DNA of 64,000 nucleotides, from NCBI GenBank assembly GCA_964035545.1, contig OZ037767.1, forward strand, positions 24,382,628-24,446,627, in the 5' to 3' direction. The stretch comes from Bugula neritina (Eukaryota; Animalia; Bryozoa). A program made the translations under genes and the position numbers. Below, piece after piece: positions 50,901 to 64,000 of this stretch; the first letter of the stretch is position 1, and each line of letters opens with the position of its first letter. The notes under the pieces were generated by a model, which did not search any database, had not been told where the DNA came from, and saw only the letters and a list, made by a program, of their open reading frames with translations.

Positions 50901-53900
50901 GTAGCTAGAGTGCAGGTCTAGTAAACATGAGGTCAGTGGTTGAGTCCAAACACCAGCAGTGATGTTAAGAAGAGCATCCAGTCATAATTGTTCCTGTACT
51001 ACATATGAATAAGTCCCTGGCCCGCTTTAAAAGGACCTTTCCATCAGGGGTTTCCCATAGAGATAGTGACTATAAACTGCTATGAGTTTGTTAAATATGA
51101 ATGGCTTACAGGAGTAGACAGGGCTGCATACAGGGCTCACAGGAGTTACTCTTCGTGCAGTCTGAACACTTCTTGTCACAGATATGTCCGCATGGTAGAC
51201 TCTTCCCACAATTCTGTTCACACGGTCGATGATCTTTTTGACTAAAATGAGAAAAGAATGATATGCTACTTGCAACAGCCACAATAGCAACTGCTTACAG
51301 CTACAATAGCAACTGCTTACAGCTACAATAGCAACTGCTTACAGCTACAATAGCAACTGCTTACATCCACATTAGAAAATTTCAAGAGGTACATTCGCTT
51401 TGATATTTATTTTTACTTCCAAAACTCAATGCATTTTATTATATCTATTTTAATAAAAAAGTTGAGTAAAAAAACTAAAAAGATAACTTTTAATAACTGT
51501 TAGAAGTTGACACAGGGTGTAATAACATAATTTTCTGAAGATCTTTGCTCTTTGGTGTTTCTATTATTATAAAGATTAAAACTTTACAAATATTAAAATT
51601 CTTACAAACAAATTGTTGTGGACGTTGTGAAAATACATTCTACAATATATTAATATTTAATAAAAAAAGGTATCAGTTACCCTAAAATAACCATTCATGA
51701 TATCTTTTTCCCCGGCTATAGTGTAAAATTTACTCTTCACATATAGTTGTGACTTGTGAGCTAAACTGATTTAGTACACTCAAAGCTTTCTAAAAAACAT
51801 GCAGAAGACCTTTGAGCTATGAAAGACTTGAATAAAACATACCACTGGTAACAGTTTCCAATGCAGGCGTGTCCGCATGGTAACATCTGAGTGCATTTGG
51901 TGTCACACTTGCTGAACGTTGCACCAAACCGATCCACAGCAGTAGTAGTGTAGCATTGCACCTTTTTTATCTCCCCACACCGAGAGCACATCCTCTCCAC
52001 TACTGCGAGACATTTCGTGTCACATGGTTGAGAGCAACTACAAATACATTTCCATTAGTCAGTCAGTCATACATTCAACAGCTTTGCCTATACCGGCCTA
52101 GCTTTCATTCTGCAGTCATATGCAAAGTGCTCCAGCTAATGCTCAAAATCTGGGTAAATTTTGGTTCAAATAGAAAATATATTGCTTACTACACAAAAAT
52201 CATACTTATACACATATAACACCCCCTATTCTAAAAAAATACTAACATCAAATGCAGAGGGACTACACTACCAAATTTATCTCACAGTGTTGAGTAGCAT
52301 CATTATATTATAACTGTGTGATATGCAATCAGCGTGCAGAAAACTAAGTTAGAGAGTATAGTAAATACTCGCTTCCGATTAACAAACGATAAATAAGGTT
52401 ATCGCAAGAATATTTCACCAACAGGAAGAAACGTGAACTAGTTTAGATTTAAATTTTATTTTTAGAACTGTACTAAATAGGTGATACAACTTCTGTAATT
52501 ATTAAATTAAGAAATGGTCATAATATAGACAGTAAATTCCCCTTTACAAGATACTAGCTTGAACAACTTACTGTCTAGTACAAGGATGACCACAGCTTAG
52601 GCTGTGAACACAAGGCTTCGTACAGACAATGTCACTAAGTTCCTCGTGGCAATACACTTCTTTGCTGTGTCTGCACCGAAGCTCAACAATTTTCCTTATT
52701 TTACAAGGAGGACATTTCGCATGACAGCGGGCTAAACAGAAAATCAACCTTACTATGACCAACATTATGCATTGAATGAAACGCAAAAAGATACAAAAAG
52801 ACAAACTTGAAACTCATTCTGTAAAATGAGAGTGCACGAAGTTGTTTACAGAAGCATGAAATCAACAGATTTTATGCAAACTTATGTTTGTTAGTTTTAA
52901 ACAATTTTCCAATTTATGCACTCAGCTAGTTTAGAATTTAAATTACCAGGGCAAGGATGGCCGCAAGGTTGGAGCAACTTAATACAGTCTTTAAGGCACT
53001 GATACTGTTCGTGCTTTCTGTCAGAGAAATGACAATTTCTTTCACAGAAATGGCCGCATGCCAGTCTCTCTCCACATGTCAGCTTACAACCGCCTGTAAA
53101 AAGTGTGACAAAAGCTGCATTCTAGAAATCTTTCTGTCCGCATTATTAGCAAAGCCAATTTCATGCTGCTAATTAATTCATGAAAGTAACAAGACAAGAG
53201 TATATTTAAAATGACTTTCTCCGAGACACTATTTTGCACCAAGTTACAAGATGGCTAATTGAAGATTTTCTCTGTATTTGAAAAAAATTGAATGGTATTT
53301 CCAAGTGGAGCTTACAGTACCTGCAGGTGACATTGCCTGGAAATCTTGAGGGGCAGTCACTTCAGCCACCTTTCCATGATTCATACAGGTAAGACTAAGG
53401 GTGCTACCAAACTCCCCGGCTATTTTAGCATCTTGTATTATCTTGAACCAAAGCTCTGTTAACATAATACATTATAATATATATGTTGATATAACATATG
53501 ATGTGTAGAGAGCAGCCGTGGTCTAGGGGTTAGATCGTTTGTCTAGTAAACACGAGGTCATGGGTTCGAGCCCGGACAAAGGCCATTGGTGATGTTAGGA
53601 AGAGCATCCAGTCATAATTGCTCCTGTGCCTCATTTAAATAAGTCCTTAGCCCACTTTAACAAAAACCCTTTCCACCAGAGGTTTCTCACAGGGATAGGG
53701 ACTATAAACGTGCGTGAGATATAATATATTATGTGTCCATATGTTATCATACATGCATCATGTACATTACTTTATTATGACCTAAACGATGGCTCAATAT
53801 TAAACCAATTATTCATTTAATGGACTGATGATTTTCACTGAGTCTTTGATATATTTAAACCTGTGACATACTAGCAAATAGTCCCTCAAATAAATACCTT

Positions 53901-56900
53901 CATCTGTTGATACAGATTTTTTTGAACATGATGAGAAAACCATCTTCAAAATATTCCTTTGCACAGTCTTCAACAGATGAAGCTTAGAAAAAAATCAACA
54001 ATTAGTATTCTAAGTTGCCATTGATAAAATGCTACTTCTTAGCACCAAGAGTGCATATGTATCTCTCCCCCCTCCCCCCCCCCCGTTGTATTACTCAATA
54101 GTCTTCTTACCTGAGCCTCGACAAAACATGTCGAAATTCCCGAAGACATACATCCCACACTTGGCTCGACTCAAGGACACGCAGACTCGGTTCTCTATCT
54201 TTACAAACCCAAGTTTATCCTCAGCATTGCTGCGAACCAGGGATAAGATAATAATCTTGTTCTCTTCTCCTATCAACAGTGCACAATGTATGCATTGACA
54301 TAAAAAACTTGTAAAACGGTAGTGGAAGACACGTGACAACCCGTTTTTCAACAGAAACATTTACTCAATATTAAATAAAATACAGTCTATGTGAATTGTT
54401 AGCTTATCACTTACTCAAAGTTTTATAAATTAGCAATTCATGACAAAATTAATATAATATCATACATGTGTAATGAAAAAAGGGAGCAGCTGTGGTCTAC
54501 GGGTTAAAGTGTTTGCTTAGCAAGCACGAAGTCATAGGTTTGACCCTGGCAAAGGCCATTGGTGATGATAGGAAGAGCATCCAGTCATAATTGCTCCTTT
54601 GCCACATATGAATAAGTCCTTGGCCGGATTTAACAAAAACCCTTTTTCATCAGAGGTTTTCTCACGGGGATGGCGACTATAAACTTGCGTGAGTTTCATA
54701 TGTGTAATGAAAAAATACAAACAGTTGTCTAATTGTATACCAGGAGTGCCAAGTCAGCAGTTCTACATTAAATAGATTATATGAAGTACTACCTTGAAAA
54801 TTGTCTACTGACGTGATCTTTACACCTCCAAACACATCTCGGGGCATCTTTCGTTTCAGAACGAGAAGTTGTCCGGTGTACATGGTGATAATGGTGATGT
54901 CATCGGGTTTATAAGACTGCAGTATGAGATATCTACAAGTCAGAAACAACTCTGCATCAGTAAGTACATTCATCCATAAACTCAAATGTCTGTTAATTTA
55001 TAAATCACAAATCAATTAGAAGTAATTGACTATGTTTATGCAGTCTTGAGCAATTCTCCACAAGCTCAAAATACTGGGTTAGTAAATAGTAAAAAAACCA
55101 TTAAATTAAATAATTGGAAATTAAATAAAAATTGAGCAGAAAGTATTAACTTTATGATGAGAAAAATAATAAAAAATCTCAATAATTATAGCATTAAAAT
55201 TACAACTGTGCAAACATAATGGGGTAGTTGAAATAATAATAGAATTGTGGAAAGTATGTGAGAAGATGAAATAGGCTTTACCTAGTTAGCTCAACCACCA
55301 TGTTGGCTTCAAATTCATTTGAATGACTCATTATTCCTTCTTCTGCTGTTTCTGGTTGCTTATGATCAAAGAAGTAGACAGGAGTTGATAACCCTAAAAA
55401 AGGGCAACTTTTACATGCAAGTTTGAGCATAACAATATCTCGGTCTATATGAGACAGGTCATAAAGTATGTCGTTATAGCACCTTTATTTTGACTAAATA
55501 AAAATATCTATCCCAATATCAGGTTCCTGTTTGTTTAAATAGCACAATGTTGAAACTAAAGGACAAAAACCGCCATTAAATAAAAAACACAACTCCTTAA
55601 TCAATCTACAAACGTGATAACTCATCATATCAAATTATAAGAAATGATGAAGTTGAAGAACAGGAGCTAAAAGCAGTGAAAATGATTTGTCAAACCAAAT
55701 GTTGCAAAAATTGAACATTTACTTTAAAACTACGTGCAGTCAGTAAATATGCATTTACATGGAGTAAGATTTAATAGAATACAGTATAGTATATGGTAGC
55801 ATGTAATAGAACATACTGTAATAAAGCATAATGTAATGCAATGTACTATAATATAATATACTCTAACACAGTATGCTGTAACACAATGTACTGTAATACA
55901 ACATGCTGTATAAAGCAATATAGGCTGATAGAGTATACTGCAACACATTAATCATAATGAATTACCGCGAATGGGCTTCCTATTCAGCACTGAGCTGTGA
56001 TCAGAGAGATTGTCATAAATATGTCTCATGAACTTTGACACCTCGGGCCTCATCCTGTGCTGTATCTCAAGAGTCTTTACAGGGAGTCCATTGTTTACCA
56101 TTCTCTCAAACAGTGAAAGGTCAAGGTGATATTTCTTAGCCAACTCATACACCGTGGGGTTTGGTTTCAACTGCTTGTGATCTCCTAAAGCAGAAGTTTT
56201 ACTTTGCTCATGAGTGGTGTACTACATACTAACTTAAAAACTTTTCACACAGAAAAGATATTCCAGCATCTCTCCTGTCTAAATCTATTGATATTTTTTA
56301 TAAAATACTGAAACTCCCAAAGCTATTACAGTGTGTTCACAACTGGTCAAGATGAACCAATAGAAATTAGTTTTATAACTAACAAAGGTTACAGCGTTGA
56401 CCTACTGAACCACTTCCTGTACAAACTGACCAATGAGTATGAGGTGCTGACACCTGGTGCTGAGAGCTGTCGTAATATGAGCTTCCAGAACCTCGGCAGC
56501 TTCTTCCACAATGACTATCGGAGCACCAACTTCCTGCAGAACGTGCTGGAACCTGGCGGCAGCAGTCGTGGTCATACCGATCACCTTAGCTTCCTTCAAC
56601 ACCTCAATATCTTCTTGCTGTCTGTAAACATCATAAGTAACGCAGATTCAACTAAGGTATGCGCCATATGATATCCAAACATATACAGTAACATTGACAC
56701 TTCTTTTATATTATCACAAAACTTTAGACTGAATTGACGCTTTAGCAGAAAGTTCTGTGAAACATAATTATAGAGAGCGAAATAGCTACTCCAACACACA
56801 TATGTTTGGTATGAAATAATAAGTATGCAGTAACAATGTTTTTGGCATTGCTTTACCATATAACATACAGGCTTTGTTTTATGGTGTCAGTAACAGCATG

Positions 56901-59900
56901 TTAGACTAATTAAGTATATCCCCAGCTTTTTAATACCATAAAAATGTTGCAAGTAAACAGTTTTTTATATTGAAACTATATCATACATGCAGGAAGACAA
57001 CTCCAAAATAAAATGAAATACTTTTTGAGTTTTGAATATAAACCTCAGATTAGTTGATAAGCTGCACAGCTTCTGATACTCTCTCTGCACCCGCGAGACC
57101 TCCGCAGTGAAGGTCTGTTTATACCTCCACAGCCAGAATCTGTACAGTCTCCACCTGTAGTACCAGAAGTAAATGGTTGTGTAGACAGAAGCAACCTCAA
57201 GCATGTATCCTACACTTTACCAATCATCACACAACAATATGAAACTGAAGAAAGGACCCTGTCTCAACTATGTGATCATTTACTGGGTCCCTATATGTAT
57301 TACTGAACTTAACAATTTCCCCGAACTCCATCACGCTTACAATGAACACGCAACAAAAAAGATTTGATCACTTATGACTACTACAACACTGCCAACTGAG
57401 TTTAGTATGGGGAACTTACAACTATAAGTTCTAATTTGAAACTTCACTTTCATGACAAAATTCAATACAATGATACACATTTACCGCTGATGAAATGCAA
57501 GGTCAACCGTAATGTCGTATCCATGGTAACATTGACTTTCTAGTGACCTCACTTCCTCTTCACTCATCATGTCGGGATCACAGATTCTTTTGCGGATCTC
57601 AGCTTGAAGCTTCCTAATAGCGTCCTTACCCATTACAACTTGAAATCCTTCACTATCTAACAGATGTTTACCAGCTGCTGGCTGAGTGACTGTGATAAAA
57701 CATACTGAATTATTAACGACTGAGCGGTTAGCATGCAAATAAAAAGGAATAAAGATGTTTTCAGATTGTGGCAAATCATCAATTCGTAAAAATAATATAA
57801 TATTACTAACTCAAACTAACACATACTAATAACTCACACCAACTCATACTATTAACTCATACTAACACACACTACTAACCCATACTCACACACACTGCTA
57901 ACTCATACTAACACACACTACTAACTCATACTAACACACACTGCTAACTCATACTAACACACACTACTAACTCATACTAACACACACTGCTAACTCATAC
58001 TAACACACACTACTAACACAGCTATCAAAGCTAAATTTTACTAAAACATAAAAAAACTCACGCAAGTTTATAGTCGCTATCCCTGTGAGAAACCCCTGAT
58101 GAAAAGGGTTTTTGTTAGAACGGGCTAAGGACTTGTTTAGATGAGGCACAGGAGCAATTATGACTGGATGCTCTTCCTAACATCACCAATGGCCTTTGTC
58201 GGGGTTCGAACCCATGACTTCGTGTTCACAAAGCAAATGCTCTAACCCCTAGACCACGGCTGCTCCCTAAATTTTACTAAAACGTAATCCATAGCAAATT
58301 CACTTTCTACATTCAGAGGCTTTAACAGTTTTAGAACTTTTCTCTTAATTTACCCAGTAAACCAAACGAAGACACAGACACACCACACAATATAAAGAAC
58401 AAAGCAGTGTTGAAACAGCCAAACTTATTCATAATTTTATAAAAGAGTACACCGACTCTGAACTCAAAGCACTGGCCAAGTTAAACTTTAAAGTCTGCAG
58501 CTGACCTGTCATAGTTTGAGATCTTCGCTGCTGTTCAAGTAACGCCTGAAACTTGGCCTCTTCTTCATCCGCATCATCAACATCCAACATCCTGTTCTGT
58601 AGTTCTCTTTCCGCTTCACCTTCGATATCTGTGAGAAGGTATGAAACACAGGGATAACATATTTACTGAAATAGTAAACCTCACGGAGTTTATAGGCACT
58701 ATTTCTGGAAAAAAAGCTTTTTTAAAGCAGGCTAAGGACTTATATGGTCTAGAAGCAATTATGACTGGATGCTCTTTCTAACATCACTGCAGGTGTTTGG
58801 ACTTAAACTACCGACTTTGTGTTTACTAAACCAGTGTTCTAACGGCAGCTGCTCCCTACCTAACATAGTAGATACTGAGTTACTGATCAGATGTTATACT
58901 CAACTGCTTTGATGTCTACGAATATAACAATATAACTAGACTTATACACAACTTGAAGACACTTTTTGATTGGTTAAGTTAAACGGAAAACATTTTACCA
59001 ATGTAATCATTTCATCGCCATTTTTAATTTCAAATTTAAACATCTGTTTGTACCTTTGTCAATGACAGCAGTGTAGGTAGTATATCAATAACAGAATAAA
59101 AAACTGGTAGCAGCCAAGATTCCTTATATCGATTGAGCACTTAGTACAATTTATTGCAACTATTTACTGTAAGAAAACTGAAGATAGCTTTGTGTTTTGC
59201 TTTGCATGAATTATTATGGTACAATAATCTTCTGCTACTGCTTCCCATTGAACTATCTTGAGAATCTTTGAGTTGTCAAATATATTACAATCCACATTAA
59301 AGGTCTCCATGATTTGGTGCCATTAAAATGCTCGATATCTACTCATTCTACTCAAAATAAAATAGTAAGAACCATAAAATAGCTTATAAATATCATATGA
59401 AGAGGGAATGTGGAAACAAAACATTATTAAGCAGTTAATAAACATATTCATTATGCAGCTTTATCCTTAATTACAAATAAACTGCCTTTATAGTGCATAT
59501 TATATTTTCAAATAGAGTACGTTTTGTTAGCAATATAGAAGACCCTATGCCACAGAAAGTTCATTTTAAATTAACTTTTCTTAAGCAGAAACATAACTAA
59601 TGCAAACCTATTAGCTCGGGTTCTGTGTTTTCAGCAGATTGAGATTGTTCGAGGGGAGTGTGAGAGGCATCCTCATAGCTGTATAGAGAAGCTGTGCTAT
59701 CTAAAAAAAGTATCCAAATGTCAATATAGAATCATACACAATATCATATTTGTGATAATTCTGACCAAACATTAATTAACCCAAATAAAATGTTTACCTA
59801 CAGCATGCAGTAGATAGAGCTCATTATGGTATAGCCATCACTGTTTACTTTAACACTGCTTTACCTTAGCACTGCTTTTCCTAACACCACATTGGTTAAC

Positions 59901-62900
59901 AATGGTAAACAATGATTGTTTTGGACTCAGCATTACAGTAGGACGAATATAGATATGCAAGTGCTGTGTCAAGCATGGACATAACTGAGCTCACTATGTA
60001 GCAGCAAAACTTTTCTAGACTTTATACAATCATAGATCAGCTGAACTATGGCTGGGGAATTATGTGAACATCCAGCAGTGAATAAACTCTTCTATTTTAT
60101 TAGCAACCAGTAAAAAGATATCAGGTGAAATGCATTCCATTTATTCTTTTAGACTGAGCTTAACATAGGGGTAACTTTTCAACAACATTTTTATATAAAT
60201 TCGACTTCACAGAACCATAGACAAAATTTGTGTAGTTGTGACTTATGACTATATAAGGAGCTAAGCTGCTACGGCAGTTTAGCTATGAGCATGTTCTTAT
60301 ATGGTCGCTAATTCACTAACTAAAACTATTTTTTGTCAAAATTAGGTCTTACCACATCCAAGCCAGACTTTCATAGAATCATGATATGAAAATCTACTCT
60401 GTACTATAGTTTGTCCATGCCAATCTAATTGGGTATAGAAGATCTGCTCCTCGATGAACCCATAATAACTATGGCTTATGATGTCACTTTCAGCAATCTT
60501 GATTTCATTTTGCAGATTTTCGAGTGAATTTTCTTTCTAAAACAAACAATAATAAGTGGAAGTAGAATTGCAACTTTGAGTATCCAATTAGTGAGGTTTT
60601 ATCTTCGCAATTGATGACTATAAAATCAATCTCAAAGAAGATTAATGTGTTAAATTTTGTTAAAATTATCTCACACTATTAAAATACAATACTATGATAT
60701 TTGTATTGTGCTATAGTACTTATAATATACTATAATAGTTACATACTACATACTACAAGCTACTGTAAATAACTAAAATTAAAAACTGAATGTTTGTGTC
60801 TGTGTACTAAAGCAATGTCAATATTATTCCATGACTTATACGTCTCATAGTCATATATTATGAATAGTTATAGCAATACAATAATGCTGTCAAAGTAATT
60901 ATGTTGTGGTTTTCAAAGTGCTATGTAACTGTTTTGACATACTGTTCATCAAGCTAGTCAGTTAGCTTTGAGAATTGATACAATAAAGTGTAGTGACAGT
61001 AAGAAAGCTGACAGCAATTTATTGCAATACCTGTCTGTACATCAGCATTACAAAAACGTTAATTTAAAAAAATTTACAACTGAAATACAAATCAAAACCA
61101 TTTTACCAGTAGATTGCAGAGAATAGATATGACAGCATGCTATACACTTATACGTTCTTCTCATGTTAGACTGTGGTGCTATATGCCTAAAGTTGTAGTA
61201 ATTGTAGGGCCGTATTTTTAAATGCTACAATCACGTGGCACATGCCTACATTTCTAGACTCCAAGTCCACCAAATTCAATCTTCGGTTTTTAAATTTAAC
61301 ACAACTCTACAGCTTGCTTTAGACATACTATAAGTGTCCAACAAAGTATTCAACTATTACATACCAAAAATTCTTCTCTCCTATAATAAAGGTCTTGATA
61401 GGCATGACGCAATTGAGTTGGTCGTACAGCGCTGGACCTCTTAGCTCTCAAGTTACATCCTTCTAATGCTTCATTTTTACTTCTACTCCCCACTCGCACA
61501 ACATCTACAACATTTGTTCTACTTTAGAAGTCAAAGTTTACCGAAATCTCAAAAAACATTAGCAGCTGTATTTATTTTTATATACAATTTCAAAGCTATC
61601 AAAACTACAAGTCTTTAAATTACGCTAAGCAAGAGTTGAGCATTTACTATACATGATATAATAAATAGTATTATTCACGTGTGTTTGAACTCTTACAAAA
61701 CATTCTCAGCTTCTATTTTTAAGTTTAGCCTGTTAGCGATGTGGATAGGAGCTGCTAAGCTGGTGTAGATGTGGCAGACGTACAACCCTCACAACATGCT
61801 CTTTCTTATATCTTATAACCACATATAGGTAAATTATGTAACTATAAACTGCATGTGTTATTTAAACTAACGGTATTGAATAAGGACAGAAAGCTGAGCT
61901 CAAAAACTAGCAGTTTTCGTAATGATTAAATCTCATTATTCTACACATCTTAAGAAGAGTGCAAATTGAAAATAATTTACCATCAGAATCACAAAACTGT
62001 AGAATCCCTTCGAGGAACTGATCGAGTGCATGATTAGTGTAGCACACAACCAGAATAGGTCTTCTCATCACAGGAATTGACGTTTCAAAATTTATCAAAA
62101 AGTCAACTACAATTAAATTAGAGAACAGTGAATAAAAGCTATAATTGTAAGAGATCATTTAGAGACTTCCCATTTATCTCTAAACTACTACTATATGCAA
62201 AACATGACATATGATACAGTAACAGAGATTGGCTAGAATTTGCCCCACTTAATGAAATAACATCCTAGAAACTGTGATAGCAGAATTCGAATTAAAGGAG
62301 CTGGGGAAATGCAACAGAAATTGTAACTAGGCAATACATTATAAGTGCAACTATGATTATGGTTGTGCACTGCAGCTCTCCGTTTATACTACCATGCTGT
62401 TTTTACGATTCTAAATCTGTATATTATGCATAATGACTGGGAAAACCAAAAGCTTAAAGCTTACTATCAACAACACGCCTGGTGTACAGATTGTCAAGAA
62501 GAGTCTTTACAATCTTCAAGCCAACAAAAGTTTTTCCTGTTCCTGGAGGGCCTACAAATAATACCCATTACAGGCTAAAAAGCTTGTACCCAAGGCTAAA
62601 TAAAATTCATTACAGGCTAAAAAGCTTGTACCAAAGGCTAAAAGGTACGTATAAAAAGCGTGATTATTCACACTATTTTATATTTTACAGCAAATGTTGA
62701 AAATAGTACAACCAATACTTTCCAATTACATTGTCTGGCATCAGCTAACACTAGAATCAGACAAAAGCGCACACCTTCTTATATATAAAGCAGAATATAT
62801 TGGCTATCAGTGGTAGCCAATATATTGTTTCAATAGTAGCTGACCACTTTATCTACAGACTAGAAATACCATGTCAGCCAATCAAAAGACATAAAACACC

Positions 62901-64000
62901 TTCTCCTTCCTTATCCCTCGATTACCTTGAATAACTGCAAACTCCTGAGTAAGAGCTGAAATATAAGCCTCCAGCTGTGATTGGTTAAGACCTAGAGTTT
63001 CTTCACAAATCATAGACTGGCTTTCAATGTCTTGGTCAAACTTTAGTTGTATTCTCCCACCACTCACCACGTCCAATTGATACTCAAAGGAAATGTCTTT
63101 AGTATATGCAGGCATGGCAATGTTGGTATCACAACTAAAACATATATTGTTGCTATATTTTGATGATGACAGCTGTGTAGCGTCATGCTGACATAACAAT
63201 AGAATCACACATCACCTCGACTAGTTCCAATACACAACTTTATTAAACCTTGATCTTGAAATATGTGCAAATGGAAGATAGTTGCTTACAATTATATATA
63301 ATATGAAAGTTAGAATATTCAACATTTTACAGCGCTTGAACTTAGAAGACAAACTTCTGTTAATAGTAATTATTACCCTTTATTGAAACACTGTAGCTTG
63401 GTTTTCATTTGAATGTCGTTCATAGACTACTTTATCGTAATAAAAATTTCCACATTTCAAGATTTCAACATAGTACAAGAGTTTTGAAGCTTGCCATAAC
63501 ATTTTTGAAGCAACAAAAACAGAGTGTAGAACTCTACCTGACAATATATCGAGAGAAAGGAAAGACAGACTGCTCAATGTTCTGCATTCCCTTCAGTATA
63601 TGGATATAAGACTCAAAATAGGCCGTTGACTCCACGACTGTGAAAGGTCCATACTTGTTTTCCAACGTATCGTACACTTCCTGAGACTCTGGTATAAACT
63701 GCACCTCTATTGTACCTTCTGAAAACAGAGAGAGCGTATAACCCAGCAATTATACGTACTGGCATTCTTAGCAACAAAAAGGTGGGTTATTTCTAAGTAG
63801 CTGAACTAAACTTTTTACCAATTCAATGGGAAATGACAAAAATTGCTAAACCTTTTTTGAGTTTTTCGGTTTCTCTTTCAGATATAGTAGCAAAGAGAAA
63901 ACTTTTTATGAAGTCATCCAAGGATAGGCAAAGCAAAGATCCATAGATCAGTCTTTTTGATGATTCCCAATTGGTTCTTTTAAATATCTTGTGACTTGTG
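47900..64000 (-). CDS. ZNFX1: NFX1-type zinc finger-containing protein 1-like SF1 RNA helicase (5' part outside window)
   Basis: More than 20 GT-AG exons join in frame: [16 protein letters not shown] (exon ending 63852), [25 protein letters not shown] (Walker A, exon 62551-62465), [41 protein letters not shown] (Walker B), [35 protein letters not shown], Cys-rich CGH.C...C NF-X1-type repeats, RING-like [10 protein letters not shown]...DC.H...CP..CR.P; last exon 48159-47900. Confidence 0.93.
50882..51086 (+). mobile_element. tRNA-derived SINE copy 4 (variant subfamily)
   Basis: GTCTAGTAAACA anticodon-arm remnant, AGAGCATCCAGTCATAATTG core, GACTATAAACT..TATGAG end; has GTCCAAACACCAGCAGTGATG in place of the usual B-box flank. 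Confidence 0.85.
51275..51365. repeat. 22-bp minisatellite (~4 units) in a ZNFX1 intron
   Basis: ACAGCTACAATAGCAACTGCTT repeated. Confidence 0.9.
53508..53718 (+). mobile_element. tRNA-Thr(AGT)-derived SINE copy 5 (full length)
   Basis: A-box TGGTCTAGGGG, anticodon arm TGTCTAGTAAACA, B-box GGTTCGAGCCC; flanking 19-bp duplication GATATAA(C/T)ATAT(G/T)ATGTGT at 53488 and 53718. Confidence 0.92.
54482..54693 (+). mobile_element. tRNA-derived SINE copy 6 (full length)
   Basis: Family sequence with a perfect 16-bp TSD ATGTGTAATGAAAAAA at 54466-54481 and 54700-54715. Confidence 0.92.
57805..58020. repeat. ~23-bp minisatellite (ACTAACTCATACTAACACACACT-like)
   Basis: Directly visible tandem units in a ZNFX1 intron. 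Confidence 0.9.
58057..58267 (-). mobile_element. tRNA-derived SINE copy 7 (full length, young)
   Basis: Intact A-box and B-box (GGTTCGAACCC); 17-bp perfect TSD CTAAATTTTACTAAAAC at 58031 and 58267. Confidence 0.93.
58680..58857 (-). mobile_element. tRNA-derived SINE copy 8 (variant subfamily, deleted)
   Basis: CTCACGGAGTTTATAG...AATTATGACTGGATGCTCT...CATCACTGCAGGTGTTTGGAC...GCTGCTCCCT; shares the diagnostic segment with copy 4. Confidence 0.82.
62567..62642. repeat. 41-bp tandem duplication just upstream of the Walker-A exon acceptor
   Basis: CATTACAGGCTAAAAAGCTTGTACC(C/A)AAGGCTAAA occurs twice. Confidence 0.88.

Noticed and set aside
53508-53580. Functional tRNA-Thr gene
   Set aside because: The acceptor stem does not close, and the sequence continues into a body shared by eight dispersed copies with TSDs; it is a SINE head.
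57805-58020. Array of TACTAAC branch-point motifs
   Set aside because: The motif is on the + strand while the host gene is transcribed from the - strand.

Overview
AT-rich, intron-dense eukaryotic DNA that looks like a compact invertebrate animal genome; the species cannot be determined from sequence alone. I assembled eight spliced protein-coding genes by hand, checking exon phases: a sigma-like glutathione S-transferase (+), MED30 (-), a 21-exon kainate-like ionotropic glutamate receptor (-), a five-exon single-pass C-type-lectin-domain gene (+) nested antisense inside the receptor's pore-loop (Q/R-site) intron, DNAJB13 (+), a small ankyrin-repeat protein (-), a beta-tubulin (-) and the 3' part of a ZNFX1-like SF1 helicase (-, runs off the right edge). 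Repeats include eight copies of a tRNA-Thr(AGT)-derived SINE (several with clear target-site duplications), two TA-flanked palindromic MITEs, perfect palindromes, micro- and minisatellites, and a tandem duplication of the ZNFX1 3' end. The most unusual observations are: (1) the nested lectin gene lies in a GC-AG intron at the receptor Q/R site; (2) two minisatellites are built from splice junctions and create arrays of duplicated splice sites; (3) the receptor lacks the ligand-capping Tyr of the DGKYG loop; (4) the ZNFX1 homologue ends without the C-terminal RZ finger; (5) DNAJB13, the ankyrin gene and the beta-tubulin form a possible cilia-gene neighbourhood with X-box-like motifs, head-to-head with the receptor. 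All homology calls rest on recalled family motifs, not database searches.
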